IMG/VR virus record: IMGVR_UViG_3300048549_001527
Reading direction: 5' to 3' (one strand)
DNA: 64,000 nt
Source: a virus
Lineage: Duplodnaviria; Caudoviricetes
Below the pieces are notes generated by a model. It was not told where the DNA came from and made no database searches. It saw only the letters and a program-made list of their open reading frames with translations. Position numbers and translations under genes: made by a program. The stretch's first letter is position 1. Every line of letters starts with the position of its first letter. Below, in pieces: positions 8,254 to 17,511 of this stretch.

Positions 8254-9603
8254 ATGAGTATACTTGATTTTGCAAAAGCAGAAAAAGAATATCCAATTTC
8301 ATCTGTTGCGAAAAACGAATGGCTTTCGTTTGCTATGTACACAGTTGAAAGTCGTGCTATTCCAAATATGATTGACGGATTGAAACCTGTTCAGCGTTTC
8401 TACTTATATTCATCAATCCTAAATTCTAAAAACGATTTCAAAAAGGTGTCTGCGGTTGCTGGTATTATATCAGACTACGGATACAACCACGGTGAAGCAA
8501 GCGCAGCTGGTGCCGGTCAACTTATGGCTGCAGAGTGGAACAATAATGTCTGCTTAGTTGAAGGACGAGGATCGTTTGGTACTCGGTTAGTTCAAGAGCC
8601 TGGTGCAGCTCGTTATGTTTACACTCGTTTACACCAAAACTTCAAAAAGTATATTCGTGATTTAGATCTATCTCCACAACATAGCGATCCTGAACACGAA
8701 CCTCCTTCGTTTTATATTCCAGTTATTCCACTCGTGTTGACTAATGGAACTAAAGGTATCGCAACTGGTTTTGCTACAAACATATTACCTCGAAGCGCTG
8801 ATGCACTTTCTCGTGCCTGTCGCGAATATGTGACGTATGGTAATATATCCAAAAGGCTTCCAGTGTCCTTTCCGGACTTCAAAGGTACCGTAAACTATGA
8901 CAAAACTGATGATAAATACACAGTTCTTGGTTGTTTTGAAAAGAAGAGTAAAACAGTATTAGAAATAACTGAAGTACCATATGGCTTTGACAGAGAAGGC
9001 TATGTTAAGGTACTTGACAAGTTAGAGGAAGACGGAGATATCGTTTCTTATGAAGATCTTTGCGATAAATCTGGTTTTAAATTTGAAGTTAAACTAAAAC
9101 AGAACAGCTCATCAACGTGGACTAACGTAAAAATTATTTCAAAATTTAAGCTATCAAAGCCATTAACTGAAAACTTAACAGTAATTGGATTTGACGGAAA
9201 GCTGCGTGAATATAAAGACGAACGGCAACTCATCAAAGACTTTTGTGAATTTCGTATGGGTGTTCTTCAGCAGCGTATTGATTTGCGCAAGAAAGAAGCT
9301 GAAGAAGAAATGCGTTGGCTGAACGTTAAAATGCAATTCATTCAAGCAGTACTTGACAATCGTATTGAGTTTAAAAATCAAAAGAAAGCTGACGTAGCTG
9401 AGCAGATTTATAAACAAACAGATGCAGTACGCAACCTTGACGATGTTGACCGTTGTCTCCGTATTAATATACTAAGTCTTACGCAAGAAATGGTAAAAGC
9501 ATTAGAAAAAGAAATCAAAGAGGCTGAAAAGGATCTTAAGTTTTGGTCCAAGACAACACCAGCAAAACAATTCACAACAGATCTTGACGAGTTGGATTCA
9601 TAA
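8254..9603 (+). CDS. gp52: DNA topoisomerase II medium subunit
   Basis: RAIPNMIDGLKPVQR, YNHGEAS, GSFG, AARY catalytic Tyr, GIATGF. Confidence 0.96.
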   Translation: MSILDFAKAEKEYPISSVAKNEWLSFAMYTVESRAIPNMIDGLKPVQRFYLYSSILNSKNDFKKVSAVAGIISDYGYNHGEASAAGAGQLMAAEWNNNVCLVEGRGSFGTRLVQEPGAARYVYTRLHQNFKKYIRDLDLSPQHSDPEHEPPSFYIPVIPLVLTNGTKGIATGFATNILPRSADALSRACREYVTYGNISKRLPVSFPDFKGTVNYDKTDDKYTVLGCFEKKSKTVLEITEVPYGFDREGYVKVLDKLEEDGDIVSYEDLCDKSGFKFEVKLKQNSSSTWTNVKIISKFKLSKPLTENLTVIGFDGKLREYKDERQLIKDFCEFRMGVLQQRIDLRKKEAEEEMRWLNVKMQFIQAVLDNRIEFKNQKKADVAEQIYKQTDAVRNLDDVDRCLRINILSLTQEMVKALEKEIKEAEKDLKFWSKTTPAKQFTTDLDELDS

Positions 9604-10013
9604 TGTACTATGTTAGCTATGGAAAACCAAGATGGATATCTAATGAACTTATGGATAAGGCTGTATTGTTTGCATCTGACTTTCTTGAAATAGATGAGTC
9701 AGTTGAAATAGATTTTGGTGGCGAGTTTGATAACGAATGCGCTGGATATTGTGACTATGATGAAGAAGATGGTATAACATTATTTGTTAATCCAAAACTT
9801 AAAAAGAAAATGGTAATCACAACACTCTTTCACGAGTTTGTCCATGCAAAGCAATACATAAATGGTGAGCTTGAAATAGGTGAAGGCAAAGCGCCATCGC
9901 GTTGGAATGGCGAACCATTTGACGGAGATTACTATTCTTTACCGTGGGAAAAAGAAGCATACGAATTAGAAACAGTAATGTCAGACATATTTTTTAATGA
10001 AGTATTTAAATAA
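9603..10013 (+). CDS. HExxH zinc metallopeptidase-like protein
   Basis: TLFHEFVHAKQ plus PWEKEA. Confidence 0.65.
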   Translation: MYYVSYGKPRWISNELMDKAVLFASDFLEIDESVEIDFGGEFDNECAGYCDYDEEDGITLFVNPKLKKKMVITTLFHEFVHAKQYINGELEIGEGKAPSRWNGEPFDGDYYSLPWEKEAYELETVMSDIFFNEVFK

Positions 10014-10016
10014 CTA

Positions 10017-10045
10017 TTGACATTCTATCGCGAATCAGATAGTAT
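10017..10045 (+). promoter_or_regulatory. Early promoter, GAATCAG family
   Basis: TTGACA-N9-GAATCAG-a-TAGTAT. Confidence 0.85.
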
Positions 10046-10071
10046 AGTTCTATAAATGGAAGGAACTATAC

Positions 10072-10245
10072 ATGATTGAACTTATTGTAATTGCCGAACG
10101 TCTTCGTAGTTTATCTCGCCGCGCTGATAACTTTGGTAAATCGCGGCAGGAACTCCTCGAAGAAATTATTATGATTGCTGAAGATTATGAAGATCGCGCC
10201 GAGCGTCTTGAAATGGCTCAAATTGTTGAGGCTCAAGCAGTATGA
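10072..10245 (+). CDS. Hypothetical early protein (57 aa)
   Basis: Read manually (MIELIVIAERLRSLSRRADNFGKSRQ...); AAGGA RBS; directly after promoter. Confidence 0.7.
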   Translation: MIELIVIAERLRSLSRRADNFGKSRQELLEEIIMIAEDYEDRAERLEMAQIVEAQAV

Positions 10246-10448
10246 TATTTTCTACTTCATTGGTAAACACTAAAAACCATTGGGCTGTTGGTACAGAATG
10301 GCAATATGCTAAAGGTACAGTAAAAATGCATAACGAAGGTTTTAGTTGCTCATGCAAAAAGAAACCACGTAAAGCGTGTAGTCATATTCGTAACGTAAAG
10401 CTACGGCTGCATGGAACTTTTGATGAATATTATAAGGAGGCTGCGTGA
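10242..10448 (+). CDS. Small SWIM-type zinc-finger-like protein
   Basis: CSC-x7-CSH pattern (CxC..CxH). Confidence 0.55.
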   Translation: MIFSTSLVNTKNHWAVGTEWQYAKGTVKMHNEGFSCSCKKKPRKACSHIRNVKLRLHGTFDEYYKEAA

Positions 10449-10536
10449 TGGGAGCTTTTATTGGATGCAGTGTTTTCTTTATTACATTGGTAGCTGTTAC
10501 AGCTGTATACGAAACATTTTTTTAAAGGAGAAATAA

Positions 10537-11031
10537 ATGCCTAACTGGTGTATGAACGATGTTCTTATTAGTGGACCTAAAGAAAAGATTACTGATCTGT
10601 ATAATAAAATAATGGATACAGGTGGTCTTTTAGAAGTTATGTCACCTCAAGGAGAATGGGATTATAGTAATGCAGTTGATAAGTGGGGTACCAAGTGGGA
10701 TGTAGATCCTGAAAATCTTGAAATTGAATTTGAGAAAGAAGAAGGCTCAATTTCAGGTACTGTGGACAGCGCATGGAGTCCTCCTGTAGAAGCATTTAAA
10801 ACCTTTTTGAATAATAACCCAGAATGTGTTGCTGAGCTTAGATATTACGAATCAGGTATGGAATTCATTGGAATATTTGCTGATGGCAAAAATGAATATT
10901 TTGAATATGATTCAAACGATATTAATTCGTTAGACTCGATTCCTAAAGATCTTGTAGAACACTTTAATCTTGAAGAAGAACTACAAATGAACTTTGATGA
11001 AAGTGAAGAAATTTGGGAAGATGAATATTAA
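10537..11031 (+). CDS. DUF1281/YubB ferredoxin-like domain protein
   Basis: MPNWC, KWGTKWDV, SAWSPP, YYESG motifs. Confidence 0.75.
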   Translation: MPNWCMNDVLISGPKEKITDLYNKIMDTGGLLEVMSPQGEWDYSNAVDKWGTKWDVDPENLEIEFEKEEGSISGTVDSAWSPPVEAFKTFLNNNPECVAELRYYESGMEFIGIFADGKNEYFEYDSNDINSLDSIPKDLVEHFNLEEELQMNFDESEEIWEDEY

Positions 11032-11407
11032 AGTAGATAATTTAGATGATTCTTTAACAAAAGACTTTGTTAATTTTTGTTGTAAAGAGCTTAATATAAA
11101 ACCTCATAGCATTGAAGTTGTTGGCGCTGCGTATTTAGCAGGTAAAGACAGAACAGGAATGTGTATAGATCTTGACGAACAAAGCTATATAATAATGACT
11201 GCAGTTAAAGATCGTACTCTTACTGAAATATATACTACTGTTGCACATGAAATAGTTCACATCAAACAATACATGGAAAATAATCTCGGTAAATTACTCG
11301 ACAGCAACAAACCAAAATACGAAGATCGTTGGTGGGAAAAGGAAGCAAGAGAAAAAAGTTTGGTTTTTGTGAAAAAATTTGTTGACATTCTTGATAGAAT
11401 CAGATAG
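11021..11407 (+). CDS. HExxH zinc metallopeptidase-like protein, paralog of 9603-10013
   Basis: TVAHEIVHIKQ plus WWEKEA; start moved to ATG 11021. Confidence 0.65.
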   Translation: MNIKVDNLDDSLTKDFVNFCCKELNIKPHSIEVVGAAYLAGKDRTGMCIDLDEQSYIIMTAVKDRTLTEIYTTVAHEIVHIKQYMENNLGKLLDSNKPKYEDRWWEKEAREKSLVFVKKFVDILDRIR

Positions 11408-11410
11408 ATT
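11382..11410 (+). promoter_or_regulatory. Early promoter, GAATCAG family
   Basis: TTGACA-N9-GAATCAG-a-TAGATT; second GAATC beside RBS. Confidence 0.85.
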
Positions 11411-11440
11411 ATATATATCAAATGGAAAAAAGGAATCACC

Positions 11441-11665
11441 ATGAACATTACATTTTTTGAACAAACTCCTCAGCAACGTGTAATTGCTAACTTTGGCCGT
11501 AAAATGATGTGGTTTTCAGAAAGCGGAGAAAATATGAATGTGCCTTTGGCAATTCTAAACGCGTTTTCAGATGTAGGAGAGCATCTTGCAGAGACAGCTT
11601 CAACTAAAGGTTTAAACGACGCTCAGCTCTTAACTATTAAATATGCTAAAAAGGTTATGAAATAA
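11441..11665 (+). CDS. Hypothetical early protein
   Basis: 74 aa ORF with RBS after promoter. Confidence 0.7.
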   Translation: MNITFFEQTPQQRVIANFGRKMMWFSESGENMNVPLAILNAFSDVGEHLAETASTKGLNDAQLLTIKYAKKVMK

Positions 11666-11904
11666 TGTTTAAGTTTGGTAAAGATTTAGATCTCGAAGAA
11701 GAGTTTAAAGAATTTAAAGTTATTGATTGGATGTTTGACACTTTTGATGCGCAAGAGCGTGAAGAAATACAAGACATGTCACGCCAGATCGCGATGAATA
11801 AATATCTGTCTGAGTACAATTCAGATATAGATATCAGCTTTGAGTGTGATGGTTCGTCAGAGCCGTTTGATGAATGGGATTTTAGTAGTGAATATGTTGA
11901 TTGA
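11665..11904 (+). CDS. Hypothetical acidic protein
   Basis: 79 aa ORF, TAATG coupling. Confidence 0.65.
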   Translation: MFKFGKDLDLEEEFKEFKVIDWMFDTFDAQEREEIQDMSRQIAMNKYLSEYNSDIDISFECDGSSEPFDEWDFSSEYVD

Positions 11905-12008
11905 AATAATTCTTCCTAACATTGTTTTTTGGTGTGTATACGGCTGGGTTTGTTATTTACCCTACAAAATCTTTCAAAACGCAATAGACAACCATAAAGG
12001 ATATAACA

Positions 12009-12479
12009 ATGTCTAAGTTCATTATTACAGCAAGCCTATTGTTGGCTGCAACAACTGCAACCGCAGACGCAAAAACAAAAATGGTTGGTGTACAAGATTA
12101 TTACGCAACTCAAGTTATTTCTGAACCTTACTCTGTCAAGGAATGTTATACTGTAGAGACCCCGATTTATGGCAGACAGCAAGGCGGTGACGCTGGTGCT
12201 GGCGCTTTAGGCGGTATGATCCTCGGTGGCATCCTCGGCAAAGGCCTGACCGGTGATGACGGAGGCGCAGCTGCAGGAGCTGTCCTTGGCGGTATTATTG
12301 GCGCAAATGAAGCGCAAAATAGTACTAAGCGAGTCATCACCGGTTACAGGCAAGAACGTAAGTGCGATAAGGTAACAAGATACCGCGATAAAACGCGTCG
12401 TGTTTATGACTATTCAGTTGTCACCTTCAAACAAAATGGTAGAACATACGAGCTACAATTTATTGATGTAACAAAGTGA
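12009..12479 (+). CDS. Secreted glycine-zipper 2TM protein (YcfJ/SlyB-like)
   Basis: Signal peptide; GALGGMILGGILG and AAAGAVLGGIIGA repeats. Confidence 0.75.
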   Translation: MSKFIITASLLLAATTATADAKTKMVGVQDYYATQVISEPYSVKECYTVETPIYGRQQGGDAGAGALGGMILGGILGKGLTGDDGGAAAGAVLGGIIGANEAQNSTKRVITGYRQERKCDKVTRYRDKTRRVYDYSVVTFKQNGRTYELQFIDVTK

Positions 12480-12481
12480 TA

Positions 12482-12559
12482 GGTCTCTTAGCTCAGCCGG
12501 ATTAGAGCAAGTGCCTTCTAAGCACTAGGTCGTAGGTTCGAGTCCTACAGAGATCACCA
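12482..12559 (+). tRNA. tRNA-Arg(TCT)
   Basis: Cloverleaf: acceptor GGTCTCT/AGAGATC, anticodon loop CTTCTAA, GGTTCGAGTCC T-arm, encoded CCA. Confidence 0.95.
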
Positions 12560-12561
12560 AT

Positions 12562-12646
12562 ACTCGCATGTTGGAATTGGTAGACAATGAAGACTTAAAA
12601 TCTTTTGCCTTAGGGCGTACCGGTTCGAGTCCGGTTGCGAGTACCA
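12562..12646 (+). tRNA. tRNA-Leu(TAA)
   Basis: Acceptor ACTCGCA/TGCGAGT, anticodon loop CTTAAAA, long variable arm, T-arm, CCA. Confidence 0.95.
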
Positions 12647-12664
12647 AATAGAAAGAATGATTAA

Positions 12665-12853
12665 ATGTGGGCCCTTGTCTTTATATACTTTTACGATACT
12701 ATACCTTATGCCGAATTGGTAACAACTCATTCTACGATGACAGAATGTTTTTACGCCCGTGAAGCTCTTAGTGATGATGTAGGAAAGGGTGGAGGTTATT
12801 TCAAACTAGGGCAACAGGCTTTATGTATTAATTTAAATGAAAGATCAATATAA
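12665..12853 (+). CDS. Hypothetical protein
   Basis: 62 aa ORF, hydrophobic N-terminus, two Cys. Confidence 0.6.
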   Translation: MWALVFIYFYDTIPYAELVTTHSTMTECFYAREALSDDVGKGGGYFKLGQQALCINLNERSI

Positions 12854-13143
12854 TGTATAAAACAAATGATATTGTTACAGTACTAACAACCAACGGTGAA
12901 TATGTTGGAAAATTAGTATCACAAGATAACGATAAGGTGGAACTTAAAGATCCTAGGTTTGTGTCTATTAGTGACCAAGGAATGGGATTTGCAAATGGTA
13001 TTTCTATGACAGGCCACGCAAATCCAAAAGAAGTTACTCTCTATAATATTTCATGTATTATGGAAACAAACGAACAAGTACAAGATGCGTATCGTCAAAT
13101 GACAAGTGGACTTGTAACGCCAAAAACAAATCTAATTGTATAG
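12853..13143 (+). CDS. Hypothetical protein, Sm-like beta fold suspected
   Basis: DIVTVLTTNGEYVGKL pattern; coupled ORF. Confidence 0.65.
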   Translation: MYKTNDIVTVLTTNGEYVGKLVSQDNDKVELKDPRFVSISDQGMGFANGISMTGHANPKEVTLYNISCIMETNEQVQDAYRQMTSGLVTPKTNLIV

Positions 13144-13153
13144 GAGAAAGAAA

Positions 13154-13357
13154 ATGGAATTACGAGATCAAATGATAGCAGCTCTAAAAGACCACGCGCG
13201 CGCTCATATCGAAAAACATCGTATGAATGCAGAAATTTATTTGCGGAACCCAGTAGGAGTTGGCGAGCATTCAGAAGTTATGGAAGAAATTGAAAAGCAG
13301 CTTGAAGAAATGGCTAAGTATGAAGACCAATTGGACATGCTAACTAATTATTTCTAA
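13154..13357 (+). CDS. Hypothetical protein
   Basis: NPVGVGEH motif; GGAG RBS; TAATG coupling to next gene. Confidence 0.7.
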   Translation: MELRDQMIAALKDHARAHIEKHRMNAEIYLRNPVGVGEHSEVMEEIEKQLEEMAKYEDQLDMLTNYF

Positions 13358-14169
13358 TGGAGCCAAAACTAAAAGGATTTCCAAAGTGCTACGTTGTTAA
13401 CCTTGAAGAAAGTGTTGAACGTAGAGACTATATGAATTCCGAGTTTAATAGACTCGGTTTAGATGGAACCGTCCTACAATACAAAAGACTTGAAGACAGC
13501 GATTTAAAGATTGCTGGCGACCGTGACACCTTGGACATACTACCATTAGGTGCTACTACTTCTCATCTCCTGACCATTAAGTGGTGGTATGAAAATACTG
13601 ATGATGAACAAGCCGCATTCTTTGAAGACGACTGTGACTTTAGCACTATTCAACATTGGAACTTTGTTTATGAGGATTATGTTAAGGAGTTTGGCGTATT
13701 GTGGGATGGTCTCCAACTTTGCTGCATGCACGAAGGCTGGGCTGTTATGTATCCACGCCACCGCAACGGCCACGATCATGGACTTCAATGCTATGTAATT
13801 AAGCGCCATTATGCTAAAAAAATTATAGACTATTATTTTGTAAATGATAACACAATACATTTTAAAATGCCGTATGTATTAAAGAGTGAAGATAGTAAAA
13901 AGTATAAACCTACTATAGAAAATGTTGTATATGGATTAGGCACTTTCTATATTCACCCGTTATTTAATCATAACGTACCAAAATTTCCATCAACAGTTCA
14001 CGATCCAAATTCACAACATTTAAAAGATGTTGCTAATCACGCATATGGATATGTTAAACAGTGGTGGGAAACCAAAGGAGGAACTGGTAACCTTAATGAA
14101 TTATTTACTTATGAGTGGTGTTGTCCACCACCTCAAACATTTTCCCAAGTCATGCATATTGATAGGTAG
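13357..14169 (+). CDS. Glycosyltransferase family 25-like
   Basis: YVVNLEESVERR N-terminus, SHL, FFEDD. Confidence 0.75.
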   Translation: MEPKLKGFPKCYVVNLEESVERRDYMNSEFNRLGLDGTVLQYKRLEDSDLKIAGDRDTLDILPLGATTSHLLTIKWWYENTDDEQAAFFEDDCDFSTIQHWNFVYEDYVKEFGVLWDGLQLCCMHEGWAVMYPRHRNGHDHGLQCYVIKRHYAKKIIDYYFVNDNTIHFKMPYVLKSEDSKKYKPTIENVVYGLGTFYIHPLFNHNVPKFPSTVHDPNSQHLKDVANHAYGYVKQWWETKGGTGNLNELFTYEWCCPPPQTFSQVMHIDR

Positions 14170-14629
14170 TCTTGCAGGCTGTTCAATACTTTCTGAAGAA
14201 CACGATTTATCACACCCTGATTATATAAAATTAGGTGCTGAATACATAGGATATTCAGAAACAGAGCATCGCTCTGATTTGAGAAACTTTCTAAAAGTAG
14301 ATCCTGTCAACACAGAATGGTGCGCAGCGTATGTTAATGCTGTGCTTCGTGATTCTGATATCCCTGGTTCCGAAACAGTATCAGAAAATCCATATATGGC
14401 AAGAAGCTTTATGGATTTGGGATATAAAGTTAATACTCCAGAACACGGAGACATTGTTGTCTTAAAGCGAGGAGAGCCTTGGGAAGGTCATGTCGGTTTT
14501 TATCTTGACCTTAAGATTATAGGCGGAGATGTTTATTATCAAATTCTTGGCGGTAATCAAGATAACTCAGTGTCAATTCAATTATTTAGAGCTGACCGTG
14601 TTGTAGCAGTTAGAAGGTTAATACTATGA
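14027..14629 (+). CDS. TIGR02594-like NlpC/P60-CHAP peptidoglycan hydrolase, possible lipoprotein (true start likely 14095-14111)
   Basis: WCAAYV (catalytic Cys), GDIVV, GHVGFY, ILGGNQ; LAGC lipobox. Confidence 0.75.
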   Translation: MLLITHMDMLNSGGKPKEELVTLMNYLLMSGVVHHLKHFPKSCILIGSLAGCSILSEEHDLSHPDYIKLGAEYIGYSETEHRSDLRNFLKVDPVNTEWCAAYVNAVLRDSDIPGSETVSENPYMARSFMDLGYKVNTPEHGDIVVLKRGEPWEGHVGFYLDLKIIGGDVYYQILGGNQDNSVSIQLFRADRVVAVRRLIL

Positions 14630-15489
14630 AAGTATTAGTAACAGGTGCAACAGGTTATATTGGTAGTCATGTTTGCAAACAATTAAAAGAACACGGTCAT
14701 GAAGTGCACGGCTTTGATTTGAACATACACGGCGAATATAACAACGTTGAAAAGTATTGCGATAAGTTTTGGGTACAAGACCTTATGGATCATTGGCTTA
14801 TGGGTTGGGGAGACGCAGTAGTTCACCTAGCAGGCCGTAGCGTTGTTCCTCAATCACTAAAAGAACCATCAGCGTATTATCGTACTAACATAATGGGTAC
14901 AAAAAATGCTGTTGAAAAGCTCAGAACAGAAAATTTTATATTTGCAAGTACAAGTTCTGCGTTTGAAATGGCTTCTCCATACGCAAGAAGTAAGGTAGGA
15001 GCAGAAGATGTAATTAAGGAGAAAGCAGATGGGTATACTATTTTTCGCTTTTTTAACGTCAGCGGTACTGATGGTGTTAACCGCCAACTTGGTGTGGCTT
15101 CCCATCTTATCCGTGTTGCTGCTATGGTGGCTGCTGGCAAAATTCCCAATATTAAGGTCTTTGGTAACGATTATGATACTAGGGACGGTACTTGCATTCG
15201 CGATTATATACACGTTAGTGATCTTAGCCGTTCTATAATTAATGCGGTTGAAGCTGGTCCTAGCAATACTCCATACGAGTGTTTAGGTTCTCAAAGCGGT
15301 TGGACTGTACATGAAGTACTTGATACAATGGAAAGAGTTACAGGCGTTAGTATGAACCGTGAAATCGTTGGCAGGAGATTGGGCGATCAAGCTGCCGCAG
15401 TCGCGACTCCGTCAACATTATGCAAATTAACTAAAACATTAGAAGATATGTGTTTAGACCAATTTACTTTAGAAATGAATAATCCATGA
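14626..15489 (+). CDS. galE: UDP-glucose 4-epimerase / NAD-dependent epimerase
   Basis: TGATGYIG, YARSK, RFFNV, RDGTCIRDYIHVSDL. Confidence 0.9.
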   Translation: MKVLVTGATGYIGSHVCKQLKEHGHEVHGFDLNIHGEYNNVEKYCDKFWVQDLMDHWLMGWGDAVVHLAGRSVVPQSLKEPSAYYRTNIMGTKNAVEKLRTENFIFASTSSAFEMASPYARSKVGAEDVIKEKADGYTIFRFFNVSGTDGVNRQLGVASHLIRVAAMVAAGKIPNIKVFGNDYDTRDGTCIRDYIHVSDLSRSIINAVEAGPSNTPYECLGSQSGWTVHEVLDTMERVTGVSMNREIVGRRLGDQAAAVATPSTLCKLTKTLEDMCLDQFTLEMNNP

Positions 15490-16190
15490 AAATACAAAAT
15501 ATTGCCTTGTTTCCAACGAATGTAACTCACGCACAACATGAGGTTAGCAAAGAAGAACAAGATCTTTGGTTTGATTTGTATTTAAAACATTCTAATGAAG
15601 ATGGGAGAACTCATGACCTTTTAGGATATGAACAAATCCAATTAGAGCCAAGCCTAGAAGGTTTCTTTAAGCATAAAGTAATGCCGAGTGTACGTGAATA
15701 TTTCAAAACGTTAAGTGTTGACTCAAACAAGTTTAACGTCCATATAACTAAAACTTTCTTTAACGTTGTTGACGATAACGGAATCAATAAACACAACCAC
15801 GAAGAAAACCATATATCATTTACTTATTATCCATATATAAAACCAGGAAAAGAAAGAAGTATTATATTATATGATACTAAATCTTGCCATTCAAACGAAA
15901 TAAACACAAGTTGGTTTTTTCATTATGTTGATAAATGGACTGAAATGAATTGTACTAATTTTTCTATACCAGTAGGTCAAGGTTCTATGCTTATTTTTCC
16001 AAGCAATATGAACCATGATATCACAAAAGAAAAACATGAAAGTACAGTTATAAATTCGTTTAAAACTAAAGAGGATTTACTTGAAAGCCGGTTTTGTGTT
16101 GCAGGTGATATGATCATTACAAAAAAACCAGAAGCAAAAGTTTATATGAGAACTTTATCATCTCCTGAAAATTGGAAAACATTTGGTTGA
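15486..16190 (+). CDS. 2OG-Fe(II) oxygenase (TIGR02466-like)
   Basis: KHNH..HISFTYY, MLIFPSNMNH, RFCVAG. Confidence 0.7.
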   Translation: MKIQNIALFPTNVTHAQHEVSKEEQDLWFDLYLKHSNEDGRTHDLLGYEQIQLEPSLEGFFKHKVMPSVREYFKTLSVDSNKFNVHITKTFFNVVDDNGINKHNHEENHISFTYYPYIKPGKERSIILYDTKSCHSNEINTSWFFHYVDKWTEMNCTNFSIPVGQGSMLIFPSNMNHDITKEKHESTVINSFKTKEDLLESRFCVAGDMIITKKPEAKVYMRTLSSPENWKTFG

Positions 16191-16215
16191 CATTCTAAAA
16201 GAATCAGTATAAATT
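16187..16215 (+). promoter_or_regulatory. Early promoter, GAATCAG family
   Basis: TTGACA-N8-GAATCAG-ta-TAAATT. Confidence 0.75.
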
Positions 16216-16239
16216 AAATATATCTAAAGGAGAATAGAT

Positions 16240-16464
16240 ATGGATAAGCAAGCTGAAATAGCTACAGAGTTAGCAATTGATATCATGATGAACGGTTTTC
16301 ATCAGCCTTTAGTAAATGGTAAAGCTAATGTAGAAAAAATTGAAGACGAAATAGTTAAAGGTATATATGCTCGTGAAATAAAAGACGTTAATCAAGAAAC
16401 GGTTAATATGGCAGTTATGTTTGTTAACGATATAATAAAAGAGTTTGGAGAATTAGATGGGTAA
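16240..16464 (+). CDS. Hypothetical protein
   Basis: 74 aa ORF with AAGGAG RBS. Confidence 0.7.
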   Translation: MDKQAEIATELAIDIMMNGFHQPLVNGKANVEKIEDEIVKGIYAREIKDVNQETVNMAVMFVNDIIKEFGELDG

Positions 16465-17179
16465 TTATCAAATCAATCATAAAGAAGTTACCTTGGAAGG
16501 TCATACGTATTTTATTCCTTCATACGCGTTACGACGCCCTGCGGCAGAAGTAATGATAAATGGATATCGTTATGAAGCAAGGACACACGAGTTTGTTGTT
16601 GGAGTATTAAAAGATACTAAAATGTCTATGATCCATGGTGGTACGTTCTTTGGTGATATGGTTCCAAATTTTTCTGTACATTGCGAAGGTACATTATATG
16701 CCTTTGAGCCGGTATTAGAAAACTACGTTCTTACGAGACGTTGCGTTCAAGAAAACAATTTGACTAATGTTATGTTATTTAATGCAGCTATGAGTCTTGA
16801 AACTGGTTACGCGTATATGCAAACATTTGACAATGGCCACATGGGTGGCGCATCACAAATTACAGAAGATGACAATAAGAAAACACAATTAGTTAATACG
16901 ATCGCAATTGATGATTTGGCTATTAAAGAATTATCAATTATGCATTTGGATTTAGAAAACCATGAGCCTCCTGCAATCAAAGGAGCAAAGAATACAATAA
17001 TGCAAAATGAACCTATTGTAATTATGGAAGACTATTATGATAAAGCTGGTGATGTTCTTAAAGAATGGGGATACGAATATATTGGACAGCTAAAGTTCTC
17101 CCCTCACAATTGGTTAAATATATGGTCAACAGAAAAGTTTAAAGATGTCGCAACCAATAATTTACAAACACAATCATAA
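16457..17179 (+). CDS. FkbM-family methyltransferase
   Basis: HGGTFFG, YAFEPV, HLDLENHE. Confidence 0.75.
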   Translation: MGNYQINHKEVTLEGHTYFIPSYALRRPAAEVMINGYRYEARTHEFVVGVLKDTKMSMIHGGTFFGDMVPNFSVHCEGTLYAFEPVLENYVLTRRCVQENNLTNVMLFNAAMSLETGYAYMQTFDNGHMGGASQITEDDNKKTQLVNTIAIDDLAIKELSIMHLDLENHEPPAIKGAKNTIMQNEPIVIMEDYYDKAGDVLKEWGYEYIGQLKFSPHNWLNIWSTEKFKDVATNNLQTQS

Positions 17180-17256
17180 AGAGTTTTTAAAACTGCAGCG
17201 GTTTAAGAAAGAAACTCTCAAATTAAAACGAATGCGTAAAAGGGATTTGAAAGAAT

Positions 17257-17511
17257 ATGTCCTTAAAAATAATCCAGTTCATAGCTAATTACTCGAACTC
17301 AGCAAAACTGTTAGATAAGCAAATAGCAGGTAAAGATTTTGGTGTACCTATTGAAAAGGTAGACATAATGGGAAACGTTGGTTTAGCAGGTAGCTATGGT
17401 GTTAAAACATTACCGTGTTTTATACTATTAAAGGATGGTGTTGAAATTGATAGAGTTCAAGGTACAATTCCGCCGCGTTTAATAACTGAAATGATTAATC
17501 GTCATTCCTAA
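17257..17511 (+). CDS. Thioredoxin-fold protein lacking CxxC
   Basis: VDI..N..LA..YGVKTLPCFILLKDGVEIDRVQG pattern; active-site position reads YSNSA. Confidence 0.6.
   Translation: MSLKIIQFIANYSNSAKLLDKQIAGKDFGVPIEKVDIMGNVGLAGSYGVKTLPCFILLKDGVEIDRVQGTIPPRLITEMINRHS

Noticed and set aside
17145-17288. 47-aa basic ORF (MSQPIIYKHNHK...) between FkbM and the thioredoxin-like gene
   Set aside because: Overlaps both neighbours, weak RBS, no motif; cannot be supported
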